NCBI GenBank assembly: GCA_041752095.1
Contig: JBGSHQ010000108.1
Location: 1-38,199 of the forward strand
DNA length: 38,199 nucleotides
Direction of reading: 5' to 3'
Origin: Bdellovibrionia bacterium
Lineage (GTDB): Bacteria; Bdellovibrionota; UBA1018
The notes under the pieces are model-generated. The model was not told the origin of the DNA. It saw nothing but the letters and a program-made list of their open reading frames with translations, and searched no databases. Made by a program: the position numbers and the translations under genes. Shown here piece by piece: positions 15,348 to 23,854 of this stretch (position 1 is the first letter of the stretch; every line of letters starts with the position of its first letter).

Positions 15348-18300
15348 ATGCGTTATAACGCGTCGTGGCCATCTGGCCTAAGGGGCGCTCATTTGATCAT
15401 CCGGCTTCCAATTTCATCACTCTTAATCCTATTCATTTCGACCTCTGCTCTCGCAAGCAGCGGTGCGGACGAATATCCAATGGCAATAAAGACGACTGGC
15501 GCACCTGCGATCGATCTCATGTACCAGGGAAAAGCAATCGACCGAGATGAAGCGACAGACATTGCAAAACGTGGCATCGATCTCTCCACTCTCGACTCCG
15601 CTCCACACGATCTTTGGAAACCTGTTTCACTCCCCCTCTCAAACGCTGAAAAATTTAATTACCCACCCGAAGGTGCGCAAGTCGTTTTCCAAAACGATGT
15701 CTCCCCAAAAGGAAATTACCGCGGTCAGGTCACCTACTACGGCCGCCCATTCCGTATCATCATCGATATGGATAACCACCAGTATTTAATGAACGCCGCG
15801 ATGATGCGGAAACTCGGCTACCCCGTCGACATGCCGAAACGTTATCAGCAACTTTCCATTCGGTTTACGAATATTAAAACGATGGAAGGATTCATCGACA
15901 ACTTCGCTTTCGAAACCGGCTTTAGCCGAGACGTTTGGTTAAAAGCCGTCGATGCAAAAAATCTAATCGTCACCCTTCAAGACGTAAACCTCGAATACCC
16001 CCGAATCGATGTTCCACAACTTTACGAAGGAAAGTTCGATACCGACTGGATCGCCGGACGAAGAGCCATGCGTGGCCTCATCATCCCACTCATGCTCCTC
16101 GATATCCGCCTTTCAGAAGACAGCGTAAATATTTTTCCATGGGAATTCTCACGGATTCTCGCTGAACACATCATGCTGAAATATACCGACGTCCAGTGGT
16201 TTAAAGAAACCACCTACGAGGATGCCCGGTGGGCAGCGCGAAAAATCTCCAAACTCACTAAAGAAGATCTCCGACTTATCGTCACAGAAGCTCGGCTTCC
16301 CGAAGACATCTCTGCACTCCTTCTAGAAAAAATCACAGCCCGAAGAAACCACATGGTGCAGATGTTTAACCTATCGGGAGAACTTCCCTCATCCGAAGTA
16401 AAATTACCGTACGTAACTGATCTCACTCTCGGACAAATAAAAAATGGTAAGGCCCTACAAGAAAAATATCCGGGCTATGCCCCCCGTTTCACATTCGGAG
16501 ATCCAAAGTCTCCCCTCGCGTGGAATGAAATTAAACACTATGTGCGCATGCAGGGTATCACGCTCGGAATTAACTACCTCGTCGATAAAGCAAATAAACA
16601 ACTCCAACTTTTCACTCCAAATCAGGGACTAGAAAATCATAAGCAAGATTTTTTAGATGCGATTACAAAACATTTTAAAGAAAAACCAACTGAACCTTAT
16701 GTCGTTCCACTCAAGCCTTGGGCTCAGCCCCTCGCTGGAGTTAATCTCAATGCTTCGCGCTCACTCGTAACAGGAACCTTCTTTGGATCTAACTCGAATA
16801 AAGCACAACTCGTCGACACGTTTAGTGTCGGAGCAAGTGTGGGAGTATTTGGTGGTATCGACGGAAACACTTACTTAAAGAATTTTGGATTTGGCGCGAG
16901 CGTAAACTACCAGAGGAACTACACCCACGTTCGTCCCCTCGTCGCTTCACTTGAAGAAGTAAAAAATGCGAGATGGTCGAGTCTATTCGTTCCTGGATTC
17001 ATGAAAGGGATGTCTAAAGTCCTTAAGTGGAAAATCATTAAAAAGAATTTCGATTTATTCCGCGAAAAATATTATGCGGCCCAAACCGAGTGGATTAAAA
17101 ATTATCCTACTTATAAAGTAAAGTTCGAACAGGACCAAAAAGAGTATGAAGTGACTCGTGCTCGAGTCTGTACCGAACAGGGATATCCACCACCCTATAA
17201 AGACTGCAACCTCGACGAAAAAATTTACCCATCACCCCACTTTCAAGAACAACTCGACACTCGTGCGCTCTACGCAGAGATTATAGGAACACCTCTCCCA
17301 GAAGGGCGTAGCTTACCGCCTTTCACTGACGAGGTGACCGAAGAAACAAAACCAGCAGTCCTTCCAGAAAATTTAGAAGACTCGATCGTCCTCAGCACAT
17401 TAAAAGAATTCTTAGCAGAAATTAAAGACGGTGAAGTATTCACCATTACCGACTCGTTCGTAAATCAGATCAGCCCACAGATTCGAATCCCCCTCACCAC
17501 ACTTATGGGAATGGGAGTAGTCGACCTCCTCGGATCTTCACTCTATAATAAAATTAATCCTTCAGTCGGTGTGAGCTTAACCGGTGAATATGCGATCGTA
17601 AAACGCCTCATGTTAATGCGTCACGGTGATCAGTTCGAAGTTTATGATAACCGAATGAAAACGCGTGCGTTTAGAGCTGGGGCAGATTTCACGGCCTGGA
17701 TCGAAATCGCTAAGATCGCTGCCCAAAAAAAGGGAGGTGACTCAAATACTGACGCTATGATGCTCGACCTCACATCCATCACCGATCAGGATAGAGCGAA
17801 TGATGAGAAGCTGGCAGGAGATCGTAAAAAAATTCTCCAAGCTCTATCAAGCCTTTTTATCCAAAATGAAACCGATGTGGCGAAAGCGGTTGCTCCTCCT
17901 TATGCCGTTCATAACGATCTTAAAGGAACCACAAAAACTGCAAAAGTTCTCATATGGAACTGGACGAATTATGCAGAAACGAACCGGGTAAAGGTTAAGC
18001 CCCCGGTCGATCTTCTAGGTCGTTATGATGCTGAAAAAGAAGCGCGGACCCTCTTTAGCGCTCGAAAAATGAATCTGAACGGAAAAAATCCCTATGGACT
18101 GGTAGGACAGGTGATTAACCGCGCACTCGGAGTGAATGGACTTCTCGATCCAGGTACGAACATGAATCCAGCAGGAAACTTTCTCGGAACATCGAACTGG
18201 AGTCAGGTGCGTGCTGAAGCCGAAGTGACTGAAGGCCGAGATTTTAGCCCGACCCTCACTTTCGAGGAACGCTATGCGGGTTGGTACCTAAAAAAAGATA

Positions 18301-19013
18301 AACTCTTAAAGATTCTCGACCAGTTCCAATCCGAAGTAAACGATCTGAACCTGGGCTCACCTATTTTCCGTAGAGATGTGTTCCAATCCACAGAAATGCT
18401 CCAGGCCTACGACATCCGATCGAACGTCATTCTTTACCAAAGCGGTGTAAAAAAATTCAAAGACATCCTCCTAGGTGCGAAATCGCGTCAAGAGCTTCTA
18501 TTAAACTTCCTGACGATGATGAATCCGGATGACTACCGAAAAAGATGTACGAAATTTTTTGAAAATAAAGGTGTGGAACCTGAACTCGAAGCTTTTGAAA
18601 AAATGAGTAGTGATGATGGGCAAAGAAGTTGGAATCGATGCATTCAGCCTTGGATGCGAAAAATCATGCGCCATGTGAAAAATATTCCGGTGGCGACGGA
18701 TAAAGAAGGGACCATTCAGTGGCTCACCGATACCCTTTTTATTCTTGATAAACACCTTGATCCTTCTCGTTTTCTCGCCCGTATCGGCAAGGAAAACTTT
18801 TTCATGCAAATTAAAGTGAGCGGATTCAGAACGAAGGATGAAAACGGTGACCGAGGAAACGTCGATGACGGGTACGTCACTGACACCATCGGTACGGTCC
18901 AAAAACCGATTTCTCTGGGTGCTTTCAGAGATCTGAAGGTTTTCACAAACGGCGTAGAATGGCAGATTTCTGATTTTGAACTCCAAGCACGCTATTTTGG
19001 AGATGGGTTATGA
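15348..19013 (+). CDS. Very large secreted hypothetical protein (about 1206-1221 aa)
   Basis: Long uninterrupted ORF. ATG 15348 lacks an SD. TTG 15393 is preceded by TAAGGGG at 7-nt spacing and gives a clean signal peptide MIIRLPISSLLILFISTSALA-SS. Several Gly/Ser/Asn-rich beta-like stretches occur (e.g. GASVGVFGGIDGNTYLKNFGFGASVNYQRNY). I recognise no family. Confidence 0.85.
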   Translation: MRYNASWPSGLRGAHLIIRLPISSLLILFISTSALASSGADEYPMAIKTTGAPAIDLMYQGKAIDRDEATDIAKRGIDLSTLDSAPHDLWKPVSLPLSNAEKFNYPPEGAQVVFQNDVSPKGNYRGQVTYYGRPFRIIIDMDNHQYLMNAAMMRKLGYPVDMPKRYQQLSIRFTNIKTMEGFIDNFAFETGFSRDVWLKAVDAKNLIVTLQDVNLEYPRIDVPQLYEGKFDTDWIAGRRAMRGLIIPLMLLDIRLSEDSVNIFPWEFSRILAEHIMLKYTDVQWFKETTYEDARWAARKISKLTKEDLRLIVTEARLPEDISALLLEKITARRNHMVQMFNLSGELPSSEVKLPYVTDLTLGQIKNGKALQEKYPGYAPRFTFGDPKSPLAWNEIKHYVRMQGITLGINYLVDKANKQLQLFTPNQGLENHKQDFLDAITKHFKEKPTEPYVVPLKPWAQPLAGVNLNASRSLVTGTFFGSNSNKAQLVDTFSVGASVGVFGGIDGNTYLKNFGFGASVNYQRNYTHVRPLVASLEEVKNARWSSLFVPGFMKGMSKVLKWKIIKKNFDLFREKYYAAQTEWIKNYPTYKVKFEQDQKEYEVTRARVCTEQGYPPPYKDCNLDEKIYPSPHFQEQLDTRALYAEIIGTPLPEGRSLPPFTDEVTEETKPAVLPENLEDSIVLSTLKEFLAEIKDGEVFTITDSFVNQISPQIRIPLTTLMGMGVVDLLGSSLYNKINPSVGVSLTGEYAIVKRLMLMRHGDQFEVYDNRMKTRAFRAGADFTAWIEIAKIAAQKKGGDSNTDAMMLDLTSITDQDRANDEKLAGDRKKILQALSSLFIQNETDVAKAVAPPYAVHNDLKGTTKTAKVLIWNWTNYAETNRVKVKPPVDLLGRYDAEKEARTLFSARKMNLNGKNPYGLVGQVINRALGVNGLLDPGTNMNPAGNFLGTSNWSQVRAEAEVTEGRDFSPTLTFEERYAGWYLKKDKLLKILDQFQSEVNDLNLGSPIFRRDVFQSTEMLQAYDIRSNVILYQSGVKKFKDILLGAKSRQELLLNFLTMMNPDDYRKRCTKFFENKGVEPELEAFEKMSSDDGQRSWNRCIQPWMRKIMRHVKNIPVATDKEGTIQWLTDTLFILDKHLDPSRFLARIGKENFFMQIKVSGFRTKDENGDRGNVDDGYVTDTIGTVQKPISLGAFRDLKVFTNGVEWQISDFELQARYFGDGL

Positions 19014-22000
19014 TTTTACGGCTTCTTATTTTATTTATCTCAAGTCTCACCGTCGGTGCTCTCACAGCACATGCAGAACAGTTAATCATTACGGGTCGTG
19101 ATACCGAACTCGCCCGAGTCAGCGCGTCCCTAGGAAAAAACTATGCAGTCGAACCCGTATTTAATACGACCGAGAAAGCACTCCTGAAGACGATCGGTAA
19201 ATCCGACCTGTCTTTATCACTGATCGTTCAGCCGATTAAGAAAGGAGCTCCAGGTGATGCTCGATCGATAGATACGATTCGTCTAAAACTAAAAAAATCT
19301 AAAATTCACGTAAAAGTAGAGTCAGATCTCCGGGTAAAACTAAAGTCGACACCAGTAGGAACTGATCCCCTTATAAAAGAACTTTGGGGCATTAAAAATA
19401 ATGAGGGTGTTCATAAACTTTACTTAGATAACTTCACTTCGATCGCCGTAAAAGGCGTAAAAGGTGAAGACGTTAACCTTCCATCTTTATCGAACGAAGG
19501 TAGAGGAATGGTTGTCGCGCTTCTTGATTCAGGATTTGATACAGAACACCCAGATTTAAAAGGTCAGTTCGTCGAAAAAAAAGGTGAATGCGAAAACCTT
19601 ATCAAGTACCAGGAGTGCCTCGCAACCGCTGACCGAAAAGGGGACCCAAAAACGGTTTGCAATTCTTTTCTAAAATTAGACACCGATGGAAACGGTTATC
19701 CCATGGACTGCCATGGATGGAACTTCATTGGTAAAAAGAGCAAAATCCATAACCAGTACGGTGATCCGATTCTTACTGAAGTGATCCCTGAAAAAAGCAC
19801 TGGTCACGGCACTAAAGTCGCTGGAATCGTCGCGGCTGCTTCGAACAACAGTATCGGTGTTCGCGGAATTGCTCCAAAAGCTAAAATTCTTGGCGTAAAG
19901 GTTACCCAGGAACCACCTGGGTCTGAGGCCCAGGGCGTTGCGAGTGAAGAGGAAACTCAGAGTCTCATTTCTTCCGTCGTGCGTGGCATGGTTTACGCTA
20001 TTGGTGAGAAAGCGAACGTGATCAACCTTTCGCTTGGATGGAATGGGCGTGCTGACTCGACCTTCATGCGAGATATCGTTAAAACTGCGCAGGACCAAGG
20101 AATTATCGTCGTCGCTGCTGCTGCAAATGACTCTACTGATGCACTCGTTTATCCGTGTCAGTATGAGGGCGTCGTTTGTGTAGCTTCACATGACCCCGAT
20201 GGAAAACTTTCAGAATTTTCTAATTTTGGCTCCGGTGTCGATATCGCAGCCCCTGGTTTTAGTATTCTCTCCACTTGCCAGATGGATCAGGATCCCTTTT
20301 TCTACACCGACGGTCAGGGATATGATTTTGATAACGGAACCTCGTTTGCCGCTCCTTATACTGCTGGCGCACTAGCGGTATTAAGATCGCAAGGCCTCAC
20401 CGTGCAGGAATCTATTGCGCGACTGCTGGTAGGTGCTCGTAAAAGAAATTACTCAGAGGGAAAAGTCACACTCGCGGGAAACCTCGACGTCAAAGGAGCA
20501 CTGAGTGCTACACCACAGCCGTATATCACTCCTGTAAATAAAGGGATTTATCCTGTCATCTGGGACCGAAAAACTAACACGGCTGATCTCTCTATCGATC
20601 TAAAAAATATTTGGAAAACTGCTGCGACCACATCTGCTACACTCACTCTTTCTGAACGAGATAAAACCTTAAGTCAGATTAAATTGAACTCTTCGAAATT
20701 TAAAATTCAAAACTGGAAATCAGGTGAAACGAAAACGCTCGACACTCAGATTCTGATTACCGATCCACGAGTGACAAGTGATGCAACACTCGTTCTTGAG
20801 ATTTCTTCAGATGGATTTCCAATCGAAAAGATCAGGATTCAACTCCAAATTTCTGTCGTACTCGAAAAATCATCTTTATTACCAAACGCGATTCGACTCC
20901 CGATCCGCGGGACCGTTAATCCAAATGCGGTCGTTTTCACTATCCAGTCGATGGATGGAAAACCTGAGCAAGATTACGTCACCTATGAACTGGCCGATGA
21001 TGCTTGGAAAATTCAGATTCTACGCGAAACTCAAGACTCAACGGGTAACTATTATAGTGCTGGCCCCATTAAGTCGATCACAGCACCCAAGGATGGTTCA
21101 CCTCGAACAGTGCAGAGACTTGACGTGAATCTGGATGGAAAGCCTGACTATGTTTTTACGAGTTTTCTTCCTGGAGAAGAAGAAGATAAAATTCCCTATT
21201 TTCAAATGGATTACCGGGATGCAAACGGCGAAGAAGTTATACCTTCCTACCTCTTTAAAAATCGTTCGACTGTTTTAACCCTCGACCGTTTCCAATGGAT
21301 TCGCGCTGGAAGTCGGCTTGTACCGATTTGGACGGGGGCAGGCATTACGCCCACCTCAGAAAAATCGACGAAGTATGATCCATGGAATCCGACCGCAAGT
21401 GATGATGAAGACTCCGAACCTCGAATCTATTATCACGACCCAGCTACGAGTGATGGGGTCCGCTCTATCGCTCTCCCCGTTAACCCTCTTCTCACTAAAG
21501 ACTGTGTTGTACTCGGGCTCCTCTCCCAAAGCACATCACAGAGAATAAACGGAAAAGTGTCTGTTTTAATTACCCAGACGGATAATTATGTCAGTAACGT
21601 TTTCGTAGGTGAAATCTCATCGCTGAATGATCCAATGAAGATGCTCACAGTCGAGATGCCCAATTATCGAAACTTTAGATCGGTGGAATCTCCAAAGACT
21701 TTCACTCTTGATCCTGCTTCAACTAGTGCAGCTTCCAGTTTTTCTGGAAACTCGGGACTGAATTCACAGAAAATCAGTTCACTCATTCGTACGGGGGATC
21801 ACTATCTCGTGCTTGAACAGCGGATCACTCCACTCGCTCCCACCGAAACCGTTTATAAAACCATTTCTTCATTCGTCGATACATCCACTCGATTTACGGG
21901 AGCATTCGGACAGGGGAACTACGACCTTCTTTACGGAGACTCGACTACGAATAAAATTTTATCAACGTCCCTCCGTAGATACACCTACCTCCCTACTGCA

Positions 22001-22285
22001 CTCTACGAACTGAGCTTCCTCGGCGCTGTTGCAGAGAGCGGCGGCGTTCGCCTCCCAGCGATCCAGATTCCAGATGGATTCGGTGCCTATCCAGGTGCAG
22101 AGGTCATCACCCCGGTTCGTTGGGGTGGCACGAGTATCGAGCTGACCCGTCCTGCTGCACTTCGAATTCAAATGGCATCTGAAGACTGTGACTGGCTCGC
22201 AAAAATGGAACCGAACTCACTCAATCCAGCTCAGGCCGTTTACTTCTGCGGCGACCAGATGATTCGGATTCCTTACCGTTTTTAG
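19010..22285 (+). CDS. Subtilisin-like (S8) serine peptidase with a pro-region and a ~600-aa C-terminal extension
   Basis: ATGA overlap with the upstream gene; GGAG SD. Signal peptide ...GALTAHA-EQ. Catalytic triad motifs: VVALLDSGFD (D173), HGTKVAGIV (H266), GTSFAAPYTAG (S445). Also contains the DTDGNGYPMDCHGWNF insert and one FG-GAP/VCBS-like DVNLDGKPDYVF motif. Confidence 0.9.
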   Translation: MILRLLILFISSLTVGALTAHAEQLIITGRDTELARVSASLGKNYAVEPVFNTTEKALLKTIGKSDLSLSLIVQPIKKGAPGDARSIDTIRLKLKKSKIHVKVESDLRVKLKSTPVGTDPLIKELWGIKNNEGVHKLYLDNFTSIAVKGVKGEDVNLPSLSNEGRGMVVALLDSGFDTEHPDLKGQFVEKKGECENLIKYQECLATADRKGDPKTVCNSFLKLDTDGNGYPMDCHGWNFIGKKSKIHNQYGDPILTEVIPEKSTGHGTKVAGIVAAASNNSIGVRGIAPKAKILGVKVTQEPPGSEAQGVASEEETQSLISSVVRGMVYAIGEKANVINLSLGWNGRADSTFMRDIVKTAQDQGIIVVAAAANDSTDALVYPCQYEGVVCVASHDPDGKLSEFSNFGSGVDIAAPGFSILSTCQMDQDPFFYTDGQGYDFDNGTSFAAPYTAGALAVLRSQGLTVQESIARLLVGARKRNYSEGKVTLAGNLDVKGALSATPQPYITPVNKGIYPVIWDRKTNTADLSIDLKNIWKTAATTSATLTLSERDKTLSQIKLNSSKFKIQNWKSGETKTLDTQILITDPRVTSDATLVLEISSDGFPIEKIRIQLQISVVLEKSSLLPNAIRLPIRGTVNPNAVVFTIQSMDGKPEQDYVTYELADDAWKIQILRETQDSTGNYYSAGPIKSITAPKDGSPRTVQRLDVNLDGKPDYVFTSFLPGEEEDKIPYFQMDYRDANGEEVIPSYLFKNRSTVLTLDRFQWIRAGSRLVPIWTGAGITPTSEKSTKYDPWNPTASDDEDSEPRIYYHDPATSDGVRSIALPVNPLLTKDCVVLGLLSQSTSQRINGKVSVLITQTDNYVSNVFVGEISSLNDPMKMLTVEMPNYRNFRSVESPKTFTLDPASTSAASSFSGNSGLNSQKISSLIRTGDHYLVLEQRITPLAPTETVYKTISSFVDTSTRFTGAFGQGNYDLLYGDSTTNKILSTSLRRYTYLPTALYELSFLGAVAESGGVRLPAIQIPDGFGAYPGAEVITPVRWGGTSIELTRPAALRIQMASEDCDWLAKMEPNSLNPAQAVYFCGDQMIRIPYRF

Positions 22286-22432
22286 GCGGAGCGATTTGTC
22301 ACCTCGCACCCTGATTTCCCAAATTGGCACCGGGTTTTAGTATCGCATTTTTGCCATTTTTTATGGCTAATATCCAGTATCCTTTAAAGAATTCATGAAC
22401 TTCACGCGACGCAATAAATTCTTCCTAAGAGT

Positions 22433-22448
22433 TGGCACTAAGTCTGCA
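22433..22448 (+). promoter_or_regulatory. Candidate sigma54 (-24/-12) promoter
   Basis: TGGCACTAAGTCTGCA versus consensus TGGCACG-N4-TTGCW. The GG and GC dinucleotides are at the correct 10-nt spacing, 68 nt upstream of ATG 22516. Confidence 0.45.
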
Positions 22449-22515
22449 AACCAGACTGGAAGAAGGTTTTAAAAGAAGCCCCAGCGTCCCCAACTTAAAG
22501 AGGAGTACTAACAAT

Positions 22516-23298
22516 ATGAAGAGTGTAATGAAGAAAAATTTAACGACGGTGTTAGCAGGATGCCTTACCATTCTCGCACTGGGCGGAGCAGACTGTTCTG
22601 GAACTGGCGGTGTCGGCCGAGGAGGTGGTGGCGTAATCATCATCGATCCTGTCGTCTATGCCTGGTTTGATGTGTATGGAAATGGGTGTGCGACCGCGGG
22701 TCAGGGACCACGTGCTGGATGTAACTTCTACGTCTATGGCCGCGACCTGATTAAGATCATGGACTTCGAAGATCCGTACTTCGAAAACTATTATTGGCCA
22801 GAGTATGACTACTGGACCTATTATCTAAACGGCGTCCTCTATTCTTACGAAGGCTGGGCATGGCTCTCTCCTACCGGAATTCTGTATGATGACTATGGAA
22901 ATGCGCTGAACAAGAAGAAAGGCTCCGGCGGACGAGACATCGTTCGCGATGTCGCCGCTCAGGAAGCAAAAGTCGTTGCTAAAGCAGGCAAGGATCTCGC
23001 AGCAAAATATAACCTCTCTGCAGCTAAAGGTGTACAGATCGCTCGTACCTTAAACGACTGGGCAAAAATCGGAAAATCCCGTGCAAAAACTGAAAAGGAC
23101 TTTGCAGAGTTTTCTCAGAAGCTCTACGGCGTTGATTACCTAAAAGTGAAGAAAGCCGTTCTGGATGCTGCTAAAGGCGATAAGGCTGCGATGAAGCAGA
23201 CGGTTGCTGATGCCGCTAAGAGCTGGGGAACAAACGAAGAAACAATGAAAGAAGTTCTGAAGCGTTGGTATAAAGGCCAAGTTCCAGGGCTTGATTAA
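22516..23298 (+). CDS. Lipoprotein: Gly-rich linker, aromatic-rich middle, Lys/Ala-rich helical tail
   Basis: ORF 22432..23298. ATG 22516 (GAGGAG upstream) gives MKSVMKKNLTTVLAGC with the classic lipobox LAGC. Confidence 0.75.
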   Translation: MKSVMKKNLTTVLAGCLTILALGGADCSGTGGVGRGGGGVIIIDPVVYAWFDVYGNGCATAGQGPRAGCNFYVYGRDLIKIMDFEDPYFENYYWPEYDYWTYYLNGVLYSYEGWAWLSPTGILYDDYGNALNKKKGSGGRDIVRDVAAQEAKVVAKAGKDLAAKYNLSAAKGVQIARTLNDWAKIGKSRAKTEKDFAEFSQKLYGVDYLKVKKAVLDAAKGDKAAMKQTVADAAKSWGTNEETMKEVLKRWYKGQVPGLD

Positions 23299-23313
23299 GA
23301 AAAAAATTAAATA

Positions 23314-23355
23314 AAGAAAAAAAACCCCGGAGGAGAAATCCTTCGGGGTTTTTTA
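23314..23355. terminator. Bidirectional rho-independent terminator
   Basis: A-run, then stem CCCCGGAGGA (23325-23334), loop GAAA, stem TCCTTCGGGG (23339-23348), then a T6 run. It sits between convergent genes. Confidence 0.85.
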
Positions 23356-23365
23356 TTGGGCCTGA

Positions 23366-23767
23366 TTATTTCTTCGTATGAAGGTCAGTACGAACACTCC
23401 CGACTTTTCCAGCCATAAACTCTTCTAGGAAATCGATATTCAGTTCTAGCTTTTTCCCCATCCACACGGCGCGTTCCGTATGATCCTTCACCTCTTCGTC
23501 GGAAACAGGGTGAATCAGAATACTAAGACCTTCCCGTTCTTTCTCTAGAAAGGGTGCAAGCTCAGTCGCTAGCTCCGAATGAAAATCAACCTCGAACATC
23601 GGTACGGGATGTGGCCCGATCGGACGGTCAATAAGGCGACTAATCTGGGCACGCCCATCAAACTTCTCAACGATCTTCTTTCGAAACCGGACCGCGATTT
23701 CTCGGATATCTGGTGTGAAATAAATATGGGAATGGGTGTAGGTGGTTTTAAAGGGGAGATTTGACAT
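23366..23767 (-). CDS. DOPA 4,5-dioxygenase-family protein (PF08883-type)
   Basis: HSHIYF near the N-terminus, DRPIGPHPVPMFEVDF, and LSILIHPVSDEEVKDHTERAVWMG match my memory of this small family. Confidence 0.75.
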   Translation of the reverse strand: MSNLPFKTTYTHSHIYFTPDIREIAVRFRKKIVEKFDGRAQISRLIDRPIGPHPVPMFEVDFHSELATELAPFLEKEREGLSILIHPVSDEEVKDHTERAVWMGKKLELNIDFLEEFMAGKVGSVRTDLHTKK

Positions 23768-23794
23768 CGTTCGATCCTAGTCGGGATGAAGTCG

Positions 23795-23834
23795 AAAAAA
23801 AAGCCCCCACTCGAAGATCGAATGAGGGCTTTTT
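23795..23834 (-). terminator. Rho-independent terminator of the S8 peptidase gene
   Basis: On the minus strand: GCCCTCATTCGA-TCT-TCGAGTGGGGGC (12 bp including two G-U pairs) followed by T8. Confidence 0.8.
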
Positions 23835-23854
23835 AATCATTTTAGCAGAAGCTA

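Noticed and set aside
17169-17207. A CTEQ motif in the 1221-aa protein matches the CxEQ thioester motif of alpha-2-macroglobulin-type protease traps, which is tempting next to a protease gene.
   Set aside because: A second Cys 11 residues downstream (C-TEQGYPPPYKD-C) makes a simple disulfide loop more likely. I see no flanking GC/PYG context and no macroglobulin-like repeats. It is worth a glance in a structure model only.
18501-20098. Antisense ORFs 18501..18986, 18716..18946 and 19676..20098 inside the two large genes.
   Set aside because: These are shadow ORFs of long, clearly coding plus-strand genes, with no independent signals.
22262-22285. The S8 peptidase ends ...QMIRIPYRF, with alternating hydrophobics and a terminal Phe like an OMP beta-signal. 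This suggests a subtilase autotransporter.
   Set aside because: The preceding ~280 residues contain Cys pairs and lack the amphipathic beta-strand periodicity of an autotransporter barrel.
22325-22340. A second TGGCAC box (TGGCACCGGGTTTTAG) upstream of the lipoprotein gene.
   Set aside because: The -12 position carries TA instead of the invariant GC, so I do not call it a sigma54 promoter.
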